From positions 769,703 to 833,702 of the forward strand of contig VJWM01000126.1 in the NCBI GenBank assembly GCA_010909165.1: 64,000 nt of DNA, written 5' to 3'. The notes below the pieces were generated by a model, which was given only the letters and a program-made list of their open reading frames with translations, had not been told where the DNA came from and ran no database searches. The position numbers and the translations under genes are program-made. Of the stretch, positions 49,135-61,701 are shown piece by piece; within the stretch, counting starts at the first letter, position 1, and every line of letters begins with the position of its first letter. Origin of the DNA: Anthoceros angustus (lineage: Eukaryota > Plantae > Anthocerotophyta).

Positions 49135-52100
49135 ATGGCGGACGCGTACGCAGTGGTGATCAACGAGGCGGTTAGTGAGAACCGCAAACGCTTTACAACG
49201 CATGGAGGGAGGACGCACGGGCTTGTTGGAGCAAGAGTGGCGCCTGGCGCTACGGATCGCTAGGGCACGGCCTCGAGTTTGATTAGATCGGCCCATACCT
49301 GTAGTTGATGGTGGGCAACCGAGTAAAAGCCTAGCCACTTGCAACTGCACACGCACTGATTGTGTACTTAAGCTCATCTTGTTCACTAATAAAATACTCT
49401 TTTTCTCCGATCGCGCCCGCTTTATGGTATCGTGACAATCTTTCCCGTTCTTCGCATCGCTCCGCGTGGTGCGACCGATCTCGCGGATGGAGCTCTGACG
49501 AACCGACCGCAACGGAGTCAACGATCCCGAGGATTGCGCGATGCCTCGGGCCAGACCGCTGCTCACGCGCAATGAGCAACGCGACGCCTAAGATCGCAAT
49601 CAGAAAGTGCGAGAGACAAAGATAGCTCGAGCATCGCTCTTGAAGGTCTCGACGCCAGAGCCCAAGAATACCTAGCAAGAACCGCATCCTCAAGATGCCC
49701 CAACATCGGAGCGACATCAAGAAGGACCAACCTTCACCTGGATTCCACCAAGCATTCTTTGAAGAGGACTACGAAGCAACCACCACATCCACCGACCATC
49801 GCCCACTACGACTTCGCACAACTCATGATAGAATCTCAAGTTGAAGCCTTGCATTTGTCGCTACAGCTCTCCTTGAGCAAAGAATCGATGTCTCGTAGAT
49901 TGAGGCCTCCTTCATGGCATGCCGCCTTCGATCCTCTCCGCATGCACCGCAGCAATAAAACGCTAGAGCGGCATGGCTAACCCCAATCCGAATCAACACC
50001 ACTAAGATAGATTGAGATGAGATCGCTTCAACTAAGACTTTGACATATGGGAGATGCAGTCACCGCACTCCTAGAAGAACACGATCTAATGTCAATAATC
50101 GACTAATCGCACCATACCTTCACCACAAATTTCCTCAAGACACCCGACTCGATTGCGCCCGTAAGAAGAATTGTAGAGCACGAGCATAATCGATCTCAAA
50201 TAGACAAGAGCATGCTCCAAAGATACCTGTGGTCAAAAGACCGCCATATATCCGAAAACCTTCAAGGACATGTTCCAAGCGCAGAGCTCAATGTCACCGA
50301 TCAACGCCACAAGGCAATTCTACTCATCAAGATGAAAGACACAGAGCGCCGAGCAAGACATAAACGCTTTTCCGTCCTACGGCCAAGCTCGCCTCTCAAG
50401 CGACGAGCATTACAACCAAGCCCCATCTTTTGCTGTGATCTATGTGACTTTGCCACCACAAAACTCAGGCCGAGGCAAGCCCAATCAACTACTAGGAACA
50501 CCACCTACACTCTGGTCGAGGAGCACTCGGAGGAGGAGTCCAGCAAGAAGAACCCCTCCAACACTAGACCCAACCAAGCACTTTTCACGTCCCGGACGGG
50601 AGAAGAGGCGGTGGACGCGTGGTTTCTCATCCAGAGAAGCCCCAACTCTCAAGGCCAACTGACACTATCAAGGAAACTATCGCCTTCCTCAAGCAATCGA
50701 CCCTTTGAGCGGACATCAAGGGATCTTGCAAGTGGTGTGCCACCATGAGAGTGAGTGTAGGAAAAGGCGGCAGCCAAGGAGGAGGCTGCTGAATGAGTCT
50801 CACATGACGCCATCAAAGATTCCAAAGCAGCCAACTTGATCCTTTCTGCCTCACTCTTACAAGAATGTACACATGCCACTGGTTCTCGGATTCCGAGCCA
50901 CAACTCACATCTGCAATGTAAGGACATGTTTACCTCATATCACAAAAGATCCTACAAGACCAGACGTTCCTTGGAGATGATGCACTCGCCGAGGGAATCG
51001 GAGAGGTCCAGCCTACAACTGAGAGACCTCACTATCAACACAGGCGCATTACACGCCCCCGCCATGACCAAGAACCCGCCTCATCCAAAACTCGCCACGA
51101 ACACGATCCGTCATTATCTTCCAAGGTAATCACTGCACCATACCCAAAGACCCTCACCAAATTTCTTGCACACGGCTTACCCTTCAACGACCTTTATCTC
51201 CTCAATATTCGCCCCTCATCCGCTTCCTCGTTGATAGCACTCCTCCTACTTCAAGAAATGAGTCGCTTTTTCAGTAGACACATGAACCCAAGATACTCAA
51301 CATGCTAGCAAACCCAAGATGTACCGAGACCTGGCCAAGATTAGGGTCCCTAAAGACTTCTTCTGTGAAATTTGCCAATACACCAAATTACATCAGTCAC
51401 CCTTCAAAGACCCATCACCTACCCGTGCCCGTCGTCTTCTGGAGACTGTTCACTCGGATATATGCGGCCCCATGAGCACCACCTCCCTCGGCGGTCACTC
51501 TTACTTCATCACCTTCTTATACGAGTGGAGCAGATATTGCCACATCTACTTCCTACGACATAAGGACGAAGCCCTCACCGCCTAAGAGTTCCTCCTCACG
51601 AGCCAAACAGATTCCGTGTCACAACCTCGACCGACAACGGGTGAGTATACAACGCCTCGGCCTTCAGAATCCAAAGGTATTTCAAGACAACTTACTGTAC
51701 CTTACACCCCCTCTCATAATCCTTTGTCAACGCCTTAATCGCTCTGGAAATTGCACGCCCTTGCCTCAAGCTAGCCTCTCTATACATCGGTTGCCTACTT
51801 CTAACTACTTGAAAAATAGACTCCCCACAAAAGACTTGCCCAACACTACTCCTTCTGAGAGATGGAGCGGGAACAAGCCTAGAGTCTCTCATCTTCGCAT
51901 TTTGGGAGCCCACCTTTGCCACATAGCGATGAAACTGCAAGAAGTGGGACGACAAAGGCAAGCCTTCATCACACTACTGTCCAAAGCCTATAAACTCTTC
52001 ACCCGCCTTCCCGAGAGGTCATTTTTCCCGCAGGTCCATTTTAATGAATCCCACCTTCTTCACACATACCTCCATTCCTCTCTCACATCTAATCCTCTCC

Positions 52101-55100
52101 TCGTGCCTAGCATCCAAGGTTATCCATCCCTTGTGAGTCCCTCTTGACCTTGAGGGGCCCAGACTATGCCACCCGATAACCTAGTATCGATTTTTCCAAG
52201 TTCAAGATGCAACTCAAGAACAACCAGCACTGCTCCCCCCAGCACCTCCTCAACAACTAGTGCAGCCCATTTCCCTCGTGTACTCTATCCAACCTCCAGA
52301 CATCATCCTTCCCGAGGTAAACCCGATCGGCTCCTCCAGAGGTACTGCACAATTCATGAGGTACCCCCTACATTGAGGCGCCCACACCATCGCCACCGAG
52401 CCATGAGTGGAGACACCCACCTCATGTCCCACGAGAGTCTTTTGCTCGCCAAGCACCAGCTCCCGGGAGGTACCGCCAATGCTCAACCTCATATGATCGC
52501 CTTGAGCATGCCCTCCACAGCACTTTCAGCAATGGAGATGCAAGGCGCCCTCTCAAGATAAGCCCTCGGCACCCCGAGTGCGCACCGTCGTACGACTCAC
52601 TCATATCCAACAAGACATGGAAGCCGACCGACCATCTACCGGGAGGAAGCCGATCTCATGCAAGTGGACATTGAAGGAAACTCAACCTCGATGGAAGTGT
52701 GGCACGTTCAAGGCCGACTAGTTGCCCGGCTTCACCGTGCGATTATGAGGAGAATCGGCTTTTCACCAAAGGGTAAAATCGACCTCCATAAGAATTCTAT
52801 TAGCATTCGCAGCACAAAGATCGCCGCAGATACATCAAGTCGACGCCAAGACAAAGATTCCTCGGCACTCTTCATGAAGAAATATACATGTCACAACCAC
52901 CGTGATTCGTGAAAGATCCGAGGAAGGTGTGCAAGCTCCTCAAGTCCCCACGGTTTGAAACAATCAAGACAAGTCGGAATGAGACCAATTCTATCTCAAG
53001 AAGTGTGGTTTCACTCCACTCACCTCGCATAAGTGTGTACATTCTCGTGGATAAAACCAGTTCATCATCGTTACCTTGTATGTCGACGATAACTTCATTT
53101 TCGGTAATGATCTCCTCCATTCAAAGATGTAAAGGACTGCTTTCCAAAGAGTACGTAGTGGACATGGGACCCCTTCGCTTTGCCCTAGGTGTGCGCTTTT
53201 GAGCATAACCCGCAGATCAATCATACTCATACATCAAGAGCTACGGATCAACTCTTGAGAGATTTAATTTGAAGGACAAACCTCGTGGTCGACTCCTATC
53301 ACAGGAGAGAAAGTCAGAAGCGCCCAACATCACCAAGAAGTCAAGGAGATGCAAGTACCTTATAATGAAGCAACAGTCACCTTTCAATATGGACAAGGCC
53401 CGACATAGCTCAAGTCGTGAACATTGCCTCCGATACTTGTCCAATCCGACGAGCCCATTGGACAAGCGTGAGTGCTTCGTTACTTGAAGGGGACCAAGTC
53501 TCGGACTCGCATACAAAGTTGACCCCACAAGCAAACTCAAGTTAATATCTTACTCGACGCAGACCGGGTGAGATCCCGATGCAAGGAAGTCCACAAAGAT
53601 ATTGCATGATGATCAACCGTCTCGATCCTGAGCTGCAAGATGCAAACAATTTGCTGCCGAGCAATCAAGCGAGTATGCCGCCACATCACTAGCAAAGAAG
53701 AAATATTGTGGATCGACAATTCGCGAGACATCAACGAGGATCACAACCAACCAAGTCTATGTGACAATCAATCACTGCCATGACTCACAATCCGATCCTT
53801 CATGCGAGAACAAAGCACGTGGAGATTCAAAGATCACTTCATCTCGTGTAGTGGCAAGGTGTTCACCTGGAATATGTGAATACAAGTGACAACATCTCCG
53901 ACCTCCTCACCAAAGGTCTTCCCAAGCCCCTGCACGAGAAGCACGTTGTCGGCATCGGACTCACAAGTAAGGAGGCCTACTTGGGAGGAAGACGCTGCTT
54001 CGCCTTCTTATTGAGGGGGAGTGCAACTCCGGCATTTCTCCTCCAGCCTGTGTATCGACAATAGGCTCACAACCAGTCGCATTGGGACCGCTATTGGTTT
54101 CAAGTCAAGACACAGATCCTGAGCGAGGGGGAGTGTTGGAGCAGAGTGGCGCTGGGCGCTCACGGATCAGCTAGGGCACGGTTCAGAGTTTGATTAGATC
54201 GGGCTCATACCCCCGGTAGTTGATGGTAGCAGACAGAACCGTAGCAAAACAGTTCAGACAGTTGCAACTACACGCACTTGATTGTGTACTTAAGCTCATC
54301 TTGTTCACTAATAAAATACTCTCTTTTTTCTCTGCATCGCGCTCCGCTTTAGGGCTGTGGAACGGGGCTCACTATGTGGGCATGGTGGCAGGTAGGAGAA
54401 GCGACGAGCGGCGCTTGCGAGTCTCATTCGCTCTTCATGTGTGGCTGCTGGGTTTCGAATGTCGCAGCGCGGGAATTTTGATGTTCACCCAGACTGAAGC
54501 CAAGAAGAAGTTAAATGTGCTGTGCAATGGCGCGAATGCCGAGCTTTGGCGGCCGCTGGCTAGCGTGATACAAAACGGTGCTCATGTTGAGTTGGCGGTG
54601 CATATTGTTCGGGAGGATGGTCCGGACGTCCTTGTGCCGTTTCTGCAGCCGTGGGCGCCCACGCTGCTCACCACGTTGGTGTTGGAGGTACAGGATGATT
54701 TGATTTCGGCCATGCAGCTGGAGGCAGGAGGATGGTGAGAGTGGAAAGGAAATGTGGATGTCGTTCCCGCCCTGGCAAATCTTTTGGCGGTCAAGGACGA
54801 CGAGGAGCTGGAGAACGTGATGAAGGCCGCGAACTTTTGTGCCGACGTGATGGACAACTTTGTGTATTTTGAGCTGGCGGCGAAGATCTTCGAGAATGTC
54901 GATGTCACGCATGCTGAGCTTACGGAGAACACTAAGAGGGTGATTTTAGATCCAAGCTTAATGGACATGGACGTGCATCATCAGGACGTGATGGAGATTC
55001 CTTACCCGCCGGTTTTCCAGTCTGGGCACCAGTTTGATTTGGGACCGGATGCGAGGAGCGATGGACAACGGCTCATGCGGTATGCTCCGCCGGGTGATTA

Positions 55101-55814
55101 TATGTTCCTAACAGTGTCCCATTTGAATTACTGCTCCAGCACTGCCAGGACCTACTTTATTGATCCAGAGAACAGATTGAGATTGAGTATTACGAGGTGC
55201 TCTTGAAAGCTTATGAAGCTGCAATCTCAGCCTTGAAGCCCGGTAATCCCATGTGTGCGGCATACTGGGCTGCTCATAGAGTTATGACGCAGGAGACACC
55301 GCAGCTTGTAGGCCGTATGACTCGCTCTGCAGGATGGGGTATGGGATTGGAGCGAAGGGAGTTTGGGTCGACCTTGAATGCTGGTAACAGACGTCTTGTC
55401 AAGGCTGGGATGGTGTTCAATGTGCGTCTCGGGCTTGAGAGGCTGGCCATTTCGGATCCCGTGGACCCTGAGGCCGAAGAGATGTATTCCCTGCTGGTCG
55501 GGGATACAATCATTGTGAACAATAATGAAGCGGATGGGCCTGAGGTCGCTACTAGGAATTGCTCCAAGTTGGCAGACGACGTTTCGTTCAACTTCATACA
55601 CAGCGACGAAGAGCTCGAGGTGGAGGACGATGAAGATCTAGAGGAGCTGGTGGGCGATGAACAAGGATCCGGTGGAGTCTCAGAGATGGAGTCTGACGTT
55701 GATTTGGAAGAGTGGCGTGGGCAGGGCAACACAGTCTTGGAGCACGGCGAGAAGTCTTGGAGATGGAGAACGACGATGAGAGTTCAGTGGAAGCAAGAGT
55801 TGCAAGCGTTGTAG
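49135..55814 (+). pseudogene. SPT16: Divergent intronless SPT16 (FACT) N-terminal-domain paralog interrupted by a Copia (49135-49223 and 54352-55814)
   Basis: LYNAWRED..GLWNGA, ALHVWLLGFE, LLAVKDDEEL, VTHAEL, YPPVFQSG, YCSSTARTYFID, VLLKAYEAAI.AL, SAG.GMGLE.RE, GMVFNV.LG, SLLVGDTIIV; then an acidic tail and stop; in-frame TGA at 54736-54738 and frameshifts. Confidence 0.88.
49224..54351 (+). mobile_element. Ty1/Copia LTR retrotransposon, LTRs 49224-49424 and 54134-54351 (TG...TA), TSD GGGCT
   Basis: PBS TGGTATC at 49425; PPT GAGGGGGAG before 54134; CEICQYTK...LETVHSDICGPM (INT), YVDD (RT), ISDLLTKGL (RNaseH); TSD 49219-49223 / 54352-54356. Confidence 0.95.
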
Positions 55815-56858
55815 CTCTACGCTTCAAAGTGGAATTGGCTAGTGCCTAGATAGATGATTCAGAAGCCTAGCGTGAGATAGATGTAGAATCCAGAAGCCTA
55901 GCATGAGATGGACGTAGAATCTATGTAGATGTGATGGCTTAGCTAAATTTGTTTTTTGTAAGACGCTTATTAGTTCTTGCGAGGATGGTGGTTGGGTTGG
56001 GAGTTTTCTCACCCCTGCATCGGAGCATGCTCTCAGCGACGAGGGCAAGAGTCATCACAGCTGGTTGAAGAAACCAGTGGAAAGAAGTCTGAACTCTGAG
56101 CAAGGTGTAAAGTGCGGATATCTGCCTCTCTCTCTGCCTTGGAAGCCTTGAAGCCAATCTTTAAGCTGGGCCCAGTTTGCTCGGCCTGGTTGGCACCTGC
56201 TTGCACTTTCTTTCTCCCGATAATTCAATTCAGAACTTCTCACCAGAAGACCACCAGACCAGAAAACCCCAGAAAATCCAGGAGAGAGAGAAGGGCGGTT
56301 CTTCCTCTTCAAGCATTTAACCACGGAGGACGACGAGAGAAGGGCGGGTGATGGTGCAGGAATCAATGAGCTTCAACACACGCGACGCCGTGCTGCCTAA
56401 CAAACTGTACTCTGTCGTGCGGTTGGTGCATCCAACTTGGCCTCGGCCCCAGCTCCTTCTCGTCCCTTCCTGTTCCCGTCTCTTGTTTCACTCCCCTGAT
56501 TCCGCTCATTACCGGAATGTAGTAAACATGCTGCGAGGCGCAATCACGCAGCACCGAGAACCCAACTGTAGAGATTCCTGCCCGCCACGGAGTCCGCAAT
56601 GCCACCACTTGCCCGGGCCTGGATGATGGATCACACACCCTCTCTCTCTACCCGCTGCTCGCACCTGTCAAGCCCAAGGCTTGAACACTCCTCCTTCAGA
56701 TCCCAACACCCTCCCCTCCCGGCACTGCAGGCGCACCTGAGCTGCGAGGCGTCTCTTTCTCTTCCCTCGCGGCTCAGAGAGGACTGGAGTCTGCGGTTGG
56801 GAAAATTCCATGGGGAGTACTTCACCCACTGCCCAGGCCCCGCCCCCGGCGCCCTGGA

Positions 56859-59800
56859 TGTTAGGAAAAGAGCTGAGCCTTTATAGAGAGGGAACACAAC
56901 ACTCCCATACAATATGGGTTATATGCACTAGGCACACTAGATACTAGCACACAAGCACACAAGAACACTTGCACACACCACACCTTACAAGTAGGGCTTG
57001 GCCTTATATATAGTCCTAGCCTTGGATCCTACTGGTCACTTGACCTTGAATCCTATTGGTTACTTGACCTTGCCCTTTACTTTTGGACTTTCTAGAAGAT
57101 ACTTTCTAGAAGATACTTTCTAGAAGATGCATGACTTTCAAGTATGTTATTTTAGGGCACTCTTCATAACCTGCTTTTAGGGCACTCTTCATAACATATT
57201 TTGATATGTTGTAATAAATCACTTCTAACACTCCCACTCAACATATCAAAATTATTCCCTTAGGCCTAGCATCTTGCTAAACCTAGCATGTTTTCTAAAG
57301 TCAAGGCTTTGGTCAAAATATCTGCCGCATGTCTCTGTTGGACAATACTTTACCTCTTTTGACTTTACCTTCTCTCTTATAAAGTGATGTTTCACTTGAT
57401 GTGCTTGGTTCTAGCATGAAAAGTTGCATTCTTGGCTAAGAAGATGCAACCTTGATTGTCGTTGAAGATTGTTGTTGCTTCCTTGAATCCCATCTCCTCT
57501 AGCAAGTTACGCAACCATATCGCCTCCATGACCGCAGAGCATGTTGCCATATATTCTCGCTCAGAGGATAGAGCCACGAGGTTGTCTCCTACTATTCCAT
57601 GAAATGGCTCCCCATTCAAAGATAACGCATCCAGTAGACTACGACTATCAACAACATCTCCTCGCCTCGAATCACAATATCCTACCACGGACTTCCGATG
57701 CTCCTGATACACCAAATTCCAATGCTTTGTACCACTCAAGTACCTCATTATCCTCTTCACGGCTTGAAAGCCGTTGTCCAGGGTTAGCCATAAATTGACT
57801 TGCAACTCCCACGCCTCGCAATGTCGCCTTGTCCTCAGTAGATAAATAGGTGAGGCATCCAACGACACGATAGAGAGTTTTATCTACCTTCTCCTTCTCT
57901 TCTTAGGACTCATCTCCTTTGAGAGCTTCTCATTAAGCACCATTGGTGTCTTCACAGCTTGCACTCTTGCATTCCAAAAGACATTCTCAACATATGTCCT
58001 TTGGCTCAAAGAGATCTTCTTGTTAGCCTCTCTCATTACTTCTATCCTAGAAAGTAATGAAGTTCACCTAGATCCCTCATATCAAAACTATCATTAAGAC
58101 TCTTCTTCGTACTCTAAGAGCTCCAAATCATTGCAAACAAGGATTAGATCATCCACATAGACAGAATGATCATCATGGACTCTCCTACTCTCTTCACATA
58201 GATGTTCCAATCTCCATTGGTTTTCTTGAAACCTCTAGCTTGGAAGAACTTGTCAATCTTAACAGTGAAGTGCATTGCTTAAGACCATAGTGCCTTTAGC
58301 AATTTACATACCTCACTTTCGCCCGGCACTTCATACCCTTCCGTTGGTTCATGTAGATCTCTTCTTCCAAATCTCCATTGAAACGTTTGGACATCCATGT
58401 GATGTATCTCCATATCCATGGTAGCGCTATTGCTAAGAGTATACGAATGGATGTTATCTTAGCAGGGGAGAAAGTGTTTGTAGTCAATACTGCACTTGTG
58501 TATATCCCTTCCCACCAGCCTTGCTTTGTATCGCTCTATGCTATCCCATCAGCTTGATCTTGAACACCCATTTGGATCCTATGCACTTCCTTCCTTGGGG
58601 TAGAGGAGTGATTTCCCAAGTCTTGTTCTTGATAAGTGAGTTATACTCACTATCCAGGCTTCTTTCCACTCCTTCGCCTTTGGCCCTTCCAAGGCTTCCT
58701 TCAAGCTTTGCGGCTCATCAAGATCCGCCAACATAGCCTCTTCAGACTTGCATGCATTCATGGACTCCAAAATTTTCTGCGAAGGTTTCCATCGCCTTGA
58801 TGATCTCGATCCGCGGCTCCTCTTGGATTCTTGATCTCGCCTCCTCTTCATCATCCTCGATATCCGGGCTTCTCCACCTTCTATATCACCTTGTGGTAGA
58901 GGTTGCTCATGCTCGAACAGTTGAGCATGCTCAAGAGTAGGTTGCTCAAGAACCAAGTCTTGTGCTTCTTCACGCTCCTTCAACTCCTTGATGACAACTT
59001 GTTGCTCCCACTCCTTTGTTAGGTTCCACAACCTCATGAAAAACAACATCCCTACTGAAAATGATTTTCTTGGTTGTAGGGTTGTATAATCTATACCCCT
59101 TTACCCTTTACCTAATACCCAAGCATGATGCACTGGATGCCTTTAGGATCCCACTTGGTTCGGTTTTGCTTTGGAACATGAGCATAAACCTCGTAACCAA
59201 AGATCCTAAAATGACTCACGTTAGGTTTGACACTGACCATGCCTCCGGGTCATTCCTGTACTTGGTTGGAACTCTATTCAAAACATGAGTTCGTAGCAAT
59301 GCCTCCCCAAAAACCTCCAACCCACTTTGATGGAGCATGCACTTGGCCGCCTCCACTAGGCTCCTTAGCTTGCGCTCCGCCACTCCATTTTGCTCCGGTG
59401 TGTGAGGAATTGTTAGTTGCCTCCGAATGCCATGCTCCTTGCAAAAGCTTTTGAATTGAGAAGAGATGTATTCTCCTCCATTGTCACTCCTCGAGTCTTG
59501 AGGCATTCTCCACTTTCGTTTCTCCACCAAGGCTTTCCTCCTTGAATGTCTTGAACACTTGGACTTCTCCTTCAAAAGGTATGTCCAACTCCTCCTTGTG
59601 AAGTCATCCACAAACACTAGAATGTAGCGGGCTCCTCCATGGGTAGGGTTCTTCATTGGTCCACACATCGGTGTGACAAGTTCCAACGCCTTTGCGCTCG
59701 ACGCGCTCAATCCTTGGGAACTTGGTGAAGCTTTCCCATTATGCACCCTTGGCACAATCGTCACTCACCAATCTTTCAAATCCAAGCCGGTCACCATTTG

Positions 59801-61701
59801 TTGATTCTTCATCATCTTGATGTTGTCCACTCCAATGTGCCCCAAGCGTTGATGCCACAAATCTACTGACCCAGTGCTCTTAGGCGAGCTTGACACAAAT
59901 GTGCAAGCTTGTTGATCACCTACGGAAGCACACAACTTGTGGAGATTGCCTTCCCGAACACCTCGAGCTATAACCTTGACATTAGGTGATTCTGGTTGCT
60001 CGGGTTGGATGCGACTTCCCCTCAAGTTAAACACAATCTCATTACCAGGTTCAGTGATTCTTGCTACTGAAAGAAGATTCTTCGCAAGACCAGGCACATG
60101 GTGCACATCCTTGATTGTACCTTTGGATGGTCCTCGTGGAGTTGAACTTTAATCACACCTCTTCCTTTGATCTCGTGTGACCTATTGTCTCCAAGCGCCA
60201 CTTTATGCCCGCATTTCTTCATAGCTTGAGAACCAAGGCCGTAGGTGAAGTGTTGAGATGCTCCAGTCGAGGTACAAACTCTCATCCTTCTTTGATGGGA
60301 TACTCTTTCTACTTGAGACAAATAAAAGATGTTCTTCCTTCTCACTCACTTGATTGGCTTGTGACTCCTTTCCTTCTTCTTCAAGTCACCAACCTTGTCC
60401 TACAATCCTTGGCATAGTGATTAGGCTTTTGCAATAATGGCAAGTACCCCACACCTTTTCTTCGCACCTTTCTCCTTGATCCTTCTTGAGTTGGCTTGTG
60501 AAGTCTTCCCACGTGTTGTTCCCTTCTTTGAGAAGAGCACCGAGTCTCCATTCTCTTCTTTCTTGAAGGAATTCTCCACCTCTTGTAGGAGCAACCCAAC
60601 CACCTCATCCAACGTTGGTGGTTGGTCGCTTGACGCATCGCTACCGACGCTTCTAAAGGCCAACACAAATTGCTTGTATGCGGATGGTAAGCTACTCAAC
60701 ACCACGATAACCTTTCTTTAAGGTTTGACGTCCGCCGCCTTCATTGATCCACCAAGTTCTTCAACTTGTTGACGTGTTGTTGAATGGTGTCACCTCGACC
60801 ATCTTGAAGTTGGCAATTGTTGCTCCAACAACATCTCATTCACCAAGCTCTTCTTCTCATACGTGTTGCAGGGTCGTCCACGCTTTTGATGTTGCACACT
60901 CACTCAATTGAGAGAGTATGACACATTGAGGAGAATCCGCCAACGCGTCCATCTTTCTTGTCCACTTCGTGGGTGTTTCTCCGAGGCCATTGTCGACAAA
61001 CTTCCATAGTCCTCGATGAGAAGCATCTTCACTTCAACTTCCACAATGTGAAGTTTGTGCCTCCAAACTTCTCACTAGACGTGTCTCCATGCTTGTTGAC
61101 GCCATGCCTAGTTTCCTACAATTGATCTTGAAGACCAAAGCACCTCACCACATGCACTACAAGATTAGTATCAAGACCTTTCCAATTGCACACAAGTTCT
61201 CACAAGCTCTATCTAAGAACTATGCACTGCACACAAGTTCTCACAAGCTCTATGCAATACTACAATAGGCTAAGAACTATGACTGACAAGTACAAGGGCA
61301 TTCTAAGGCTCTGAACATGGCTCTGATACCATGTTAGGAAAAGAGCTGAGCCTTTATAGAGAGGGAACACAACACTCCCATACAATATGGGTTATATGCA
61401 CTAGGCACACTAGATACTAGCACACAAGCACAAGAACACTTGCACACACCACACCTTACAAGTAGGTGGGCTTGGCCTTATATAGTCCTAGCCTTGATCC
61501 TATTGGTCACTTGACCTTGAATCCTATTGGTTACTTGACCTTGCCCTTTACTTTTGGACTTTCTAGAAGATACTTTCTAGAAGATACTTTCTAGAAGATG
61601 CATGACTTTCAAGTATGTTATTTTAGGGCACTCTTCATAACCTGCTTTTAGGGCACTCTTCATAACATATTTTGATATGTTGTAATAAATCACTTCTAAC
61701 A
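56859..61701 (-). mobile_element. Ty1/Copia LTR retrotransposon, LTRs 56859-57230 and 61332-61701
   Basis: TG...CA LTRs nearly identical; Met-tRNA PBS (GCTCTGATACCA, 61320-61331); PPT next to 57231; LWHQRLGH, VDDFTR, SDNGGEY, PEQNGVAER, YVDDL, FHARTKHI; TSD imperfect (CTGGA/CCGA). Confidence 0.95.
57090..57125 (-). promoter_or_regulatory. Three TTCTAGAA heat-shock-element cores in LTR U3 (also 61561-61596)
   Basis: 14-bp repeat CTTTCTAGAAGATA x3, about 80-115 bp upstream (minus strand) of a TATATATAAG box at about 57003-57012. Confidence 0.65.

Noticed and set aside
17137-55814. Apparent epigenetic cluster (MBD gene, DNMT/PHD element, AT-hook ORF, SPT16 paralog)
   Set aside because: The components belong to independent insertions and host genes; nothing in the sequence links them functionally.
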